From: a virus
Lineage: Duplodnaviria; Heunggongvirae; Uroviricota; Caudoviricetes
Length of the DNA: 17,065 nt
IMG/VR virus record: IMGVR_UViG_2582580934_000003
Span: 1 to 17,065 of that record
Strand: one strand, 5' to 3'
A model generated the notes under the pieces. The model searched no databases and was not told where the DNA came from. It saw only the letters and a list, made by a program, of their open reading frames with translations. Positions 8,220 to 17,065 of this stretch are shown here, in pieces. The translations under genes were made by a program, and so were the position numbers. Within the stretch, counting starts at the first letter, position 1, and every line of letters starts with the position of its first letter.

Positions 8220-8432
8220 TCATGAAAGGTAAACATTGGCAGCTGAAGGGCCACGCAGACCATTTATCCGGCAAAATTCCACGCGTAATCCGGTGGTAAT
8301 TTCTTCTGCATCGCGGAGATTGAGCGCTGAAACATGAAGCTGGACATCGATACGACCATCGGATGGGGTGATAAGACCCTTGCCGCTTTTGCCGTCAAAG
8401 GTTTTGACAATTCCTGTCATTTTACGGGACAA
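8220..8432 (-). CDS. cspF: Cold-shock protein, CspF/CspH-like
   Basis: 70 aa [13 protein letters not shown]...[10 protein letters not shown]; cold-shock domain; divergent from cspB as in Qin. Confidence 0.85.
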
Positions 8433-8732
8433 AAAAATTCCTTAATACTGATAACTGGGCGCACTATACACACGTTCCTGAAGAAAGCTATAGTTTTTTG
8501 ATGGGGTTGAAGATGGCTGGATGTCTAAAATAAACATTGCTTCATATGTTCAACTATGCGTTAATGATTGCGTCGGTTTGAAGAACAGACGATATACGAA
8601 GTAGTTTACTAAAGCAGTTCTCATTTCAGGTGTTATTCACTTATTCCTTCTTTGAGTCTCTCCAATTAAGTACGAAGTCGTTTCTGTTATACAAGCCATT
8701 TATGCCGAAAGGCTCAAGTTAAGGAATGTAGA

Positions 8733-8948
8733 ATGTCAAATAAAATGACTGGTTTAGTAAAATGGTTTAACGCTGATAAAGGTTTTGGCTTTATTTCTCC
8801 TGTTGATGGTAGTAAAGATGTGTTTGTGCATTTTTCTGCGATTCAGAATGATAATTTTCGAACCTTGTTTGAAGGTCAAAAGGTTACCTTCTCTGTAGAG
8901 AGTGGTGCTAAAGGTCCTGCAGCAGCAAATGTCATAATTACTGATTAA
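8733..8948 (+). CDS. cspB: Cold-shock protein CspB
   Basis: 71 aa [71 protein letters not shown]; long AT-rich 5' UTR. Confidence 0.9.
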   Translation: MSNKMTGLVKWFNADKGFGFISPVDGSKDVFVHFSAIQNDNFRTLFEGQKVTFSVESGAKGPAAANVIITD

Positions 8949-9230
8949 AATTCATAGTTTGTCTGTATACGATAACGAAGAAGGCTGATGCCTGAGTGGA
9001 GATACAGACAGAGTGGTGAATATTGGATCTCTTTAATAAATAGTAAGGAGGTCCAATACATGAAACAATGGCCAGCATATTTGGCAATAACTTAATCAGG
9101 AAAAGTATGCTAACCATTGTGGTGAAGTGCAGGTTTGCTGCATGAATAGTTTTACAGCAGAAGCTAACTGCTGGCATAGCAAAACAAAGTGCGTAAGTGG
9201 ATGACTCCCACAAAAAGTACCACAATATTA

Positions 9231-9252
9231 AACCCGCTCAGGCGGGTTTTTT
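9231..9252 (+). terminator. Intrinsic terminator (ACCCGC-UCAG-GCGGGU + U6)
   Basis: Stem 9233-9237 / 9242-9246 followed by tttttt at 9247-9252. Confidence 0.6.
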
Positions 9253-9311
9253 ATTATCTGCTTTAAATATGTTATTAAAATATAAAAAATACTTGTTACG
9301 AATAAAATCAA

Positions 9312-9482
9312 TCAAGCTACAGCTTTAAGATTTGTCTGGAATACTTTGTTGCAATGAGGGCAGATCAAAAGGGCACCTTTTTGTACTCTTGAAAAACTGT
9401 GTTCTGACTCTTGGGTGCAGTTTGGGCAGGAACATTTAACGAGATAATTACGGCGTGATTTTGAGTCTTTACGTTCTGACAT
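9312..9482 (-). CDS. Small zinc-ribbon protein (56 aa, CxxC-N17-CxxC), possibly a YdfK/YnaE-like prophage protein
   Basis: MSERKDSKSRRNYLVKCSCPNC...LICPHCNK. Start taken at the internal ATG (9482), which has an AGGA RBS, instead of the track start 9533. Family name is uncertain. Confidence 0.5.
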   Translation of the reverse strand: MSERKDSKSRRNYLVKCSCPNCTQESEHSFSRVQKGALLICPHCNKVFQTNLKAVA

Positions 9483-9700
9483 AGGCTTTTCCTGTATAAA
9501 TGGCCGTATACAGTACACTAAATATGAAAACATATCTCGTATTATTATTTAATATATGATTTTCTTTTAAAATAATTACCCACATTTTTAATGTGTCTGT
9601 TTTTTAGCGCCGTTGAGAACAACGTTTGCTATAAAAACTAACCCATAGACTCCGATCTTTTCAAACATATTGCACCATCTGTGTACATCGGGGTGAGGAT

Positions 9701-9916
9701 ATGAAATCAATGGATAAGTTAACAACAGGTATCGCCTATGGCACATCGGCTGGTAATGCTGGTTTCTGGGCATTGCAGTTACTCGATAAAGTAACTCCGT
9801 CACAGTGGGCTGCAATCGGTGTGCTGGGTAGTCTGGTTTTTGGCCTGCTGACGTATCTGACAAACCTTTATTTCAAGATTAAAGAAGACAGGCGTAAGGT
9901 TGCGAGAAGAGAGTAA
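9701..9916 (+). CDS. Pinholin (phage 21 S-type class II holin, dual-start motif M1-K-S-M4)
   Basis: 71 aa, two TMDs, [18 protein letters not shown]...; paired downstream with a SAR endolysin. Confidence 0.85.
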   Translation: MKSMDKLTTGIAYGTSAGNAGFWALQLLDKVTPSQWAAIGVLGSLVFGLLTYLTNLYFKIKEDRRKVARRE

Positions 9917-9920
9917 TCCA

Positions 9921-10472
9921 ATGACACAAGACTATGAACTGGTTGTGAAAGGAGTCCGCAATTTTGAGAATAAAGTGGCGGTAACTGTAGCCTTACGGGA
10001 CAAAAAACGCTTTGACGGTGAAATTTTTGACCTGGACATCTCGCTGGACCGTGTTGAAGGTGCCGCGCTGGAGTTTTATGAGGCAGCAGCCAGAATGAGA
10101 ATCAGACAGGTATTCCTGGATGTTGCTGCCGGGTTATGTGTAGGGGATGAGCAGTCGCCGGAAAAGCGCCCCATAATTTTAGAGGCGCAGAATGTGTGGA
10201 TAACCTACAAAGGAAAGCTACCGGGAAGAATTACTGGTTCTCTGAAGACGCCACCGACGGCATTGCGGTCAGAAAAAGATGATATTGAATCGCCCATTGA
10301 AAAACTGGAGGGCAGCGTCGCTGATCTGAATAAAAAATTGTCGGTGCTGATCCCTTCTGAAGATGAAAAAAAACGCCGCGATGAGCAGTTTGCGGCGTTT
10401 TACGATTATTGCATTGAAGTTACTCGCAGGAATTTTGTGAAGATTTTTGAGGAGGGTAAATCTCTTCAGTAA
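9921..10472 (+). CDS. Hypothetical protein (183 aa) inserted between holin and endolysin; possibly YdfR-like
   Basis: ATG at 9921, 4 nt after the holin stop; protein-like K/E-rich composition. Same strand as the lysis genes. The YdfR suggestion rests on position only. Confidence 0.55.
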   Translation: MTQDYELVVKGVRNFENKVAVTVALRDKKRFDGEIFDLDISLDRVEGAALEFYEAAARMRIRQVFLDVAAGLCVGDEQSPEKRPIILEAQNVWITYKGKLPGRITGSLKTPPTALRSEKDDIESPIEKLEGSVADLNKKLSVLIPSEDEKKRRDEQFAAFYDYCIEVTRRNFVKIFEEGKSLQ

Positions 10473-10680
10473 GCTTAATGGCGGACGCTGCAATTAATTC
10501 AGGAAGGTCCGCAAGGTCATCTGTCAGTGGATATGATGAAAAATCGGCGGCAGTTCTGTTAAGAAGCGCTTTAACTAATTCCTTTTCCTTCTCCGGCAAC
10601 AAGTTGATTAGAGCTACGACTGCTTGCCTGAGTGCGATTAAATCAGCAAAAGTTTGTTTTGGTAGATTTGTGTAATCCAT
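10420..10680 (-). CDS. Hypothetical protein (86 aa), convergent with and overlapping the 3' end of the 183-aa gene by 53 bp
   Basis: ATG at 10680 with SD AGAGGTG 5 nt upstream; helical-looking sequence MDYTNLPKQTFADLIALRQ... Confidence 0.4.
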   Translation of the reverse strand: MDYTNLPKQTFADLIALRQAVVALINLLPEKEKELVKALLNRTAADFSSYPLTDDLADLPELIAASAIKLTEEIYPPQKSSQNSCE

Positions 10681-10793
10681 AGTCACCTCTGTGTTTATCA
10701 GATTGACATCCTCCTCCCGCCAGTGCCCATCACTGGTGAGGTAAGATTTAACATATCCGGGGATTTGAAGCCGATAAATCCTGATAAATATCC

Positions 10794-11821
<1,028 letters not shown>

Positions 11822-12181
11822 ATTAATATTAAATCGGATTATTTTTAGCGCTGAATGTGAAATTTAAATAAAAAGGACTCTTCCATGAGTCAAAATCCTT
11901 GAAATCTTAAGGGTAAGATAAAAGGTCATTAGACAGAATGACACGTTTTATTAATAAATAAAGCTATTGTTTCATTCGTGTGTTTTTCTTTACAAAAGTA
12001 ATCCTTGCTATGGTTGGTTAATCATGCGTTAATGGTGTTCTGGTTTGTTACAAAATTATCTGAAGCAGTCATTGTTATAATTTTATTATTTGTACCTCTT
12101 GAGATTTCCTTGTTGGTTTTTCTCTCTGATATTTTTTTTCGGACCATTCTGCCCAAGGGCTAACTTCTTCAAAAGGTAATA

Positions 12182-12397
12182 ATGATGTTTAACAAAATGA
12201 CTGGTTTAGTGAAATGGTTTAACCCTGAAAAAGGTTTTGGTTTCATCACGCCGAAAGATGGTAGCAAAGATGTGTTTGTGCATTTCTCAGCTATTCAGAG
12301 CAACGATTTCAAAACGTTAACTGAGAATCAGGAAGTCGAATTTGGTATTGAGAACGGACCTAAAGGCCCTGCAGCTGTTCATGTAGTGGCACTTTGA
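12182..12397 (+). CDS. cspI: Cold-shock protein CspI
   Basis: 71 aa ...[67 protein letters not shown]; long AT-rich 5' UTR. Confidence 0.9.
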   Translation: MMFNKMTGLVKWFNPEKGFGFITPKDGSKDVFVHFSAIQSNDFKTLTENQEVEFGIENGPKGPAAVHVVAL

Positions 12398-12607
12398 GGT
12401 AGAAAATATTACAAACCATATTCACTTTAGATGCCCGTGTTGCCATGGTTCTCAGTATAGAACATCATCTTTTGATGTTTCTGACAGAAATCCTTTCGGG
12501 GCAAAATGTATCTTTTGTAAATCAATGATGATTACATTTGATAATATTTCACAATACTTAAATGTTAGCCATCTGTCGTTAGATTTAAGAAAGTGAAAAT
12601 GAAGGCT

Positions 12608-12661
12608 CCTTCGGGCGCGTTTTTTGTAAAGCTAACAAATTGTTTCTATTAGCTTATTTCT
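12608..12661. repeat. Direct repeat copy 1 (54 bp, identical to 13278-13331); lacks the left arm of the terminator stem
   Basis: ccttcgggcgcgttttttgtaaagctaacaaattgtttctattagcttatttct, read directly in both places. Confidence 0.85.
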
Positions 12662-12852
12662 GCCCTTGAGCTGCCGTTTTTTTATTCTGTTAGTTGTGAA
12701 ACTGAAGCGATTTAGTCACTATCGATCTCATCAAATATGGCTCGCTTTGAGATATTCCTCAAGTAAAAAAACACCTCTTCCTGCGATTTCTCACAAAAAA
12801 GATTCGTTGACAAAAAGTGACAAAATTATGAGATTCCCATCACACATTTTGA

Positions 12853-13248
<396 letters not shown>

Positions 13249-13273
13249 TCCTTTATATTGAGTGTATCGCCAA

Positions 13274-13295
13274 CGCGCCTTCGGGCGCGTTTTTT
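13274..13295 (+). terminator. raiA intrinsic terminator (CGCGCC-UUCG-GGCGCG + U6)
   Basis: Perfect 6-bp GC stem with UUCG loop and T6; its right arm and T-run form the start of direct repeat copy 2. Confidence 0.75.
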
Positions 13296-13331
13296 GTAAA
13301 GCTAACAAATTGTTTCTATTAGCTTATTTCT
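13278..13331. repeat. Direct repeat copy 2 (54 bp, identical to 12608-12661)
   Basis: Exact 54/54 identity with copy 1; flanking bases differ (12607 t vs 13277 g; 12662 g vs 13332 t). Confidence 0.85.
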
Positions 13332-13399
13332 TATAAACATCCACAAACTGTCCACATCAGTAATGATATACAAGCCCGCAAAAAAATGCGGGCTTTGTC

Positions 13400-14206
13400 T
13401 TATGGAGCCGAAATGGTTGTGGTAATAGTCCCCCGAAGCCGTTGCGCTGCTACCTCAAAATAATGATCACTGGTTTCTATACCAATAAATTTTCGCCCTG
13501 CTTTCAGTGCAGCCACACCCGTTGTCCCTGACCCCATAAAAGGATCAAGGACTGTTCCGCCACTATTCACAGTCCTGACCAGTTCCGCCATTAGTTCTTC
13601 TGGTTTTCCGGTCGGGTGCATTTTCTTTGACGGGATAACCGGGAACGTCATGCAGCCGTCGAACGGACCCGAAGGCGATTTACCTAAATGGCCTTTACTG
13701 CCCCAGACGATGTATTCGCACTGATGCCGGAAATACCCGGTATGGGGTGTTCGTGACCCCCTCCCTTTGTTCCACGCAATAATTCCACGCCATGTAAAAC
13801 CGCTGGCCTGAAACGCATCGGTTAAAGCAGGCAGTTGCCGCCAGTCAGTAAATACCAGGGCATAACCGCCCGGCCTGACTGCGCGGTGTGCCTGTGCCAT
13901 CCATAATTGTGTCCAGTAAGCCCACGAACGGGCATCCATGTTTTCACCCGCAAATTCATCAAAGCGGTGAAGGCTCTCGCCGTTCAGATATTTTGCGTGG
14001 CTGCCCTGGTTGGTGCGTCCGGCCTTGTGTGTCGCGCCCGAACTGTAAGGCGGGTCAGTGATTAAGGCATCAATACTTTCTGGCTCAATCAGCGGCAATA
14101 TTTCCAGCGCATTCCCACGACAGAGCGTGGCATTGTCAGTCTGATAAACCTTAGTGTGTTCCGGTGTATGTGCTGGTTGGTGCTGGATTGCGATCCCCAC
14201 GGTCAT
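13400..14206 (-). CDS. DNA methyltransferase, beta-class amino-MTase (N6-adenine or N4-cytosine)
   Basis: 268 aa; motif IV DPPY (LITDPPYSSG) precedes motif I (VLDPFMGSGTTGVAA), the beta-class order. The start may be GTG at the third codon, which has better SD spacing. Confidence 0.85.
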   Translation of the reverse strand: MTVGIAIQHQPAHTPEHTKVYQTDNATLCRGNALEILPLIEPESIDALITDPPYSSGATHKAGRTNQGSHAKYLNGESLHRFDEFAGENMDARSWAYWTQLWMAQAHRAVRPGGYALVFTDWRQLPALTDAFQASGFTWRGIIAWNKGRGSRTPHTGYFRHQCEYIVWGSKGHLGKSPSGPFDGCMTFPVIPSKKMHPTGKPEELMAELVRTVNSGGTVLDPFMGSGTTGVAALKAGRKFIGIETSDHYFEVAAQRLRGTITTTISAP

Positions 14207-14348
14207 AACTCCTCATGTGTGTGGGGTGCTCGATGGCTCTCGTTATCTGGTTAAGTGTTTTGCAGCGCGGACATTTTATTTCAATGTAGTGAAATGAGGC
14301 GCGGGCAAGTAGTTTGTTGCAATTTTTGCATCGTACATTTTGCGTCAT
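14151..14348 (-). CDS. com: Com-like zinc-finger translational regulator (phage Mu Com family)
   Basis: MTQNVRCKNCNKLLARASFHYIEIKCPRCK: CxxC-N16-CxxC close to Mu Com. ATG at 14348 with SD AAGAGGTG. The 3' end overlaps the methyltransferase start by ~55 nt. Confidence 0.7.
   Translation of the reverse strand: MTQNVRCKNCNKLLARASFHYIEIKCPRCKTLNQITRAIEHPTHMRSYDRGDRNPAPTSTYTGTH
14195..14226 (-). promoter_or_regulatory. Stem-loop sequestering the methyltransferase SD and start codon (mom-like translation initiation region)
   Basis: On the mRNA, CCCCAC (plus 14221-14226) pairs with GUGGGG (plus 14195-14200), enclosing GAGGAG and the AUG at 14204-14206. Confidence 0.45.
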
Positions 14349-14385
14349 TTGCGGCACCTCTTGTGTGGTTACTGCTGCCGATATG

Positions 14386-14436
14386 ATAACAAATCGATCG
14401 TTTTTATCGATCGGATTTATTGCATCGATCTGTTAT
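14386..14436. promoter_or_regulatory. Symmetric operator-like element upstream of com: three ATCGATC repeats (each with a GATC) inside a 13-bp imperfect inverted repeat
   Basis: ATCGATC at 14393-14399, 14406-14412, 14424-14430; arms ataacaaatcgat (14386-14398) and atcgatctgttat (14424-14436) match 12/13 as reverse complements. Confidence 0.5.
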
Positions 14437-14486
14437 GCCTATTGCTTATGTATGGTGCCCTCATTTGTGAGGGTAGCAAAAAGAAA

Positions 14487-14518
14487 ACCCGCAGTTTTTA
14501 CGCTGCGGGTTTGTTGTT
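14487..14518. terminator. Bidirectional intrinsic terminator (ACCCGCAG / CUGCGGGU, T-runs on both sides)
   Basis: 8-bp stem 14487-14494 / 14503-14510, TTTGTTGTT downstream on plus and TTTCTTTTTG downstream on minus. Confidence 0.5.
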
Positions 14519-14566
14519 CATGTCTGTGAGATAGGGTGCCGTTTCGACCAACCTTAGCAACCGATT

Positions 14567-14899
14567 GACGGGGGATTACCCCCCCCGTCGCGGTTATCTT
14601 ACTTATTACATAGTAAGAATGCCGCAATTTCCGTGCCAGCAAACCTGAATCGTAACTCGCACGGTGATGTGTGGAGGATCCAGATTATCGCTACCGCAGT
14701 TATGCAAAGTAACAGGGTTTTTAACGGAATTTGCGTCATAACGCTTGTCTCCTGAGAGGAGAGGCGCTAACCTTCTACTTGCGAAGGTAAGAAGTGTTAG
14801 GGCCTCGGTTAAACAGAAATGTTTTCCGGGGCCTTTCCACATCTGGCCTTCGGGTATTCCCTCCGACCATCAGCCGAAAGGCACCCGCGCGTAATCTAT
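14567..14899. other. Highly structured non-coding region between ogr and the com promoter (candidate sRNA and/or prophage attachment-site remnant)
   Basis: Hairpins at 14567-14589 (GACGGGGG / CCCCCGTC), 14597-14618 (TCTTACT / AGTAAGA), 14749-14761 and 14801-14833 (13 bp with a GAAA loop), then a T6 run at 14893-14898. No credible ORF. Confidence 0.4.
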
Positions 14900-14930
14900 C
14901 GCTTTTTTGTTACTCCGGCAATTCTGCCTG

Positions 14931-15191
14931 TTAATTCTGAGATAAAGGCAAACTCATCTGATTGTTTCCCCTGTGTGAAGCTGGCAGATCATGCCACGGG
15001 ATACCTTCTGAAGAGTGAACGCCGGAGGCGTGTTTTGATGTGAATTTATGGAAAGCTTCCAGTGTTGAGAAGCATACGCCGCATTCCAGGTTGTTACACT
15101 GGTAATACTTTTGCCGCACGGTGTTTGAATCATTTTCCGGACGACTGGTGCGGATACGGGCAGATGCGCCACAAAGCGGACAACGGAACAT
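14931..15191 (-). CDS. ogr: Ogr/Delta-family zinc-finger late transcription activator (P2 Ogr-like)
   Basis: MFRCPLCGASARIRTSR...YYQCNNLECGVCF: the CxxC...CxxC signature of Ogr. Strong SD GGGAGG. Directly downstream of a gene D homologue, as in P2. Confidence 0.85.
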   Translation of the reverse strand: MFRCPLCGASARIRTSRPENDSNTVRQKYYQCNNLECGVCFSTLEAFHKFTSKHASGVHSSEGIPWHDLPASHRGNNQMSLPLSQN

Positions 15192-15233
15192 AGCGACCTC
15201 CCTTAACGTGGTGCTGCCGCTATTCTAAGTTGC

Positions 15234-16343
15234 TCACTCTGTTTCCGCTATCCATTCCGGGATTTTTGCCTCAAGCTCAAGCTGCGTGGTAAAGCCGCTG
15301 TTATCAATGGTGTGCTCGGCTTTCGCAATAATCCAGTCCTGATTATCAATCTCGCTTTTAAATCCTGTTACCGTGCCATGCATTTCGGGGTAGAGTTCTG
15401 CGCGTCCGCGTGCCAGTGTGATGGAGAATGATGCGGCTCCGCGTTGTAGTTGTTGCCACTTTGCCGCCGCTGCGCGTCTTGCTGCCTGCTCGTTCTGATA
15501 AGTCTTGCGTAACACAAACACATTGCCTTCCGCGCCTTCCATATAATCACCTTCACGGCTGCTGCTTTTCTCTTTTTTCGGTTTTGGCGGTTTGCGGCGT
15601 TTCACGCTGACTTTTTTCTTTTTCCCGTAATTAAGATCAAGCCAGTAAGCGCGTACCCCCGTATACGCCTCGCGGTCAGCAATGCGGAACTGATGGCGAT
15701 CGCCGCTGCTGCGTGTGATGGCGAACGATGGCAACGGCTGGCCCTGTGCGTTCACGCCACCGCCGGGCATGATGAATAACAGATTACCGCTTTTTACCGT
15801 GGTGATTGCGCCCAGCATTTCCGCCATGCGCGTAAGGAAGGACATGTCGCTTTCTTCGGTCTGGTCGGCGTGGTCGATTTCAATATCCATCAGCATTTCG
15901 CTGATTTGCGGTTTCAGGCCGTATCGGTGAGCAATTGCAGACACCACGCGTTCAACGGTCACATCATGCCAGGATACTTCGCGCTTGACGTTAAATTCAT
16001 CCCGAAAATCTGCGCTTCTGGCTGAAATGGTCAGTCTGTCGGGCGGTCCTTCATGAGCAATTTCATCAACAATGTAAGTGCCTTTTTCTGTCAGCGGTTC
16101 TCCTTTCCAGCCAATGAGAACCGTCAGGCGCGCGCCCCGTGGCGGTAGCTGCAACTGACCATCCGCATCATCCAGCGTGATGGTGAGCTGGTCCGCTTCA
16201 AATCCCCGGTTGTCGGTCAGTGACAGGCTCATCAGGCGCTCTGCCACGCCGGACAGCGTTTCCCCCTCCGCGAGAATATCAAAATCCGGCATTTTCACGG
16301 GGTCTGTGCCCTGACTGAGCAATTGTATGGTGGTGTCGGTCAT
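15234..16343 (-). CDS. P2 gpD-like tail protein (phage late control gene D family)
   Basis: 369 aa from ATG 16343 (SD AGGGAGGG); size and position immediately upstream of ogr match P2 D. Has an unusual Lys-rich linker (KKKKVSVKRRKPPKPKKEK). Confidence 0.7.
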   Translation of the reverse strand: MTDTTIQLLSQGTDPVKMPDFDILAEGETLSGVAERLMSLSLTDNRGFEADQLTITLDDADGQLQLPPRGARLTVLIGWKGEPLTEKGTYIVDEIAHEGPPDRLTISARSADFRDEFNVKREVSWHDVTVERVVSAIAHRYGLKPQISEMLMDIEIDHADQTEESDMSFLTRMAEMLGAITTVKSGNLLFIMPGGGVNAQGQPLPSFAITRSSGDRHQFRIADREAYTGVRAYWLDLNYGKKKKVSVKRRKPPKPKKEKSSSREGDYMEGAEGNVFVLRKTYQNEQAARRAAAAKWQQLQRGAASFSITLARGRAELYPEMHGTVTGFKSEIDNQDWIIAKAEHTIDNSGFTTQLELEAKIPEWIAETE

Positions 16344-16499
16344 CTTTCCCTCCCTGTGCAGCATGGTCGCATGTGCGTGCGGAGGGGGTTACTGCTTTTT
16401 GTTGTCGCCGTGGCGGGAGAACGGCGCGGGGGTGAGATTACGCGCGTGGTGGGTGATGATTGTTGCCGAATCATTTAACGGATACAAGGGGCTGAAGCT

Positions 16500-17065
16500 A
16501 TGAGTGAAACTCGTTTTCATGGTGCCCGTGTTACGGAAAGTACCGACCTGGTAACAGCGATTAATGATGTTGATTCCAGTGTTATCGGTATCGTGGCAAC
16601 GGCGGATGATGCGGATGCGGAGCTGTTCCCGCTGAACAAGCCCACACTGCTGACCCGCGTCAATGACGTGCTGGGAAAATGCGGAACAACGGGGACGCTT
16701 TATCGTGCGCTTAAGGCCATCGCAGACCAGGTGAGCACAAAGGTGATCGTCGTTCGCGTGGCTGAACACAAAGAAGAAGACGGAAAAACGCAGGATCAAC
16801 TGGTTATCGGTGGTTCTGAATCTGACGGCAGCTATACGGGGATGTATGCGCTGCTTGTTGCAGAGCAGGATGAAAGCATCGGATACCGTCCGCGTATTCT
16901 GGCCGCGCCGGAGCTGGACACGGAGGCGGTAACAAAATCCCTGTGCGTGATTGCGGGTAAACTGCGCGCGTTTGTGTATGCCTCATGTCACGGCTGTAAC
17001 ACGATGGCTGAGGCGATTACCTACCGCCAGAAATTCAACGAACGTGAGGTGATGCTCTTATGGCC
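16500..17065 (+). CDS. P2 FI-like contractile tail sheath protein, 5' partial (runs off the window end)
   Basis: Not in the ORF track because it has no stop in the window. Translation from ATG 16500: MSETRFHGARVTESTDLVTAINDVDSSVIGIVATADDADAELFPLNKPTLLTRVNDV...KLRAFVYASCHGCNTMAEAITYRQKFNEREVMLLW, resembling the P2 FI N-terminus. The minus-strand track ORFs 16389..16799 and 16804..16986 are antisense to it. Confidence 0.85.
   Translation, partial: MSETRFHGARVTESTDLVTAINDVDSSVIGIVATADDADAELFPLNKPTLLTRVNDVLGKCGTTGTLYRALKAIADQVSTKVIVVRVAEHKEEDGKTQDQLVIGGSESDGSYTGMYALLVAEQDESIGYRPRILAAPELDTEAVTKSLCVIAGKLRAFVYASCHGCNTMAEAITYRQKFNEREVMLLW

Noticed and set aside
14314-14642. Track ORFs 14314..14529 (+), 14340..14534 (+) and 14439..14642 (-)
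   Set aside because: They overlap operator and terminator hairpins, lack an RBS, and have C/L/R-rich low-complexity translations.
14358-14930. Retron msr/msd, CyaR sRNA, tRNA or tmRNA fragment as the identity of the structured region
   Set aside because: No reverse transcriptase gene nearby, no match to the recalled CyaR 3' end (CCCUUACACGGGCUUAUUUUUU), and no tRNA-like T-arm or acceptor sequences. Left as an uncharacterised structured region.
16389-16986. Minus-strand ORFs 16389..16799 and 16804..16986 from the track
   Set aside because: Antisense to the plus-strand tail sheath gene that starts at 16500 and runs off the window; the sheath reading frame is far more convincing.

Overview
The window reads as a mosaic prophage region of an Escherichia/Shigella-type chromosome; all calls rest on reading the ORF translations and the DNA by eye, with no database search run. 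(1) Positions 1-12400 are a lambdoid, Qin-like prophage segment: a long structured leader and an unknown gene left of the repressor, a cI-like repressor divergent from cro-like and cII-like genes, an O-like replication initiator with an internal iteron origin, a nin-like block (Dam-type methyltransferase, RusA, KilA-N protein, DUF968/HNH-like protein), antiterminator Q with a pR'/tR' pair, cold-shock genes cspF/cspB sitting between tR' and the lysis cassette, then pinholin, a two-gene insert, SAR endolysin, Rz/Rz1 and cspI. (2) Positions 12608-13331 hold the core gene raiA flanked by a perfect 54-bp direct repeat. (3) Positions 13400-17065 are a P2-like remnant: a Com-like zinc-finger gene overlapping a DNA methyltransferase, a 570-bp structured non-coding stretch, ogr, gene D, and a divergent, window-truncated FI tail sheath gene that the ORF track missed. 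No tRNA, rRNA, CRISPR array, IS element or integrase was recognised. The best candidates for something undescribed are the Com-controlled methyltransferase module with its ATCGATC operator, the convergent gene pair between holin and endolysin, and the repeat-flanked raiA unit.
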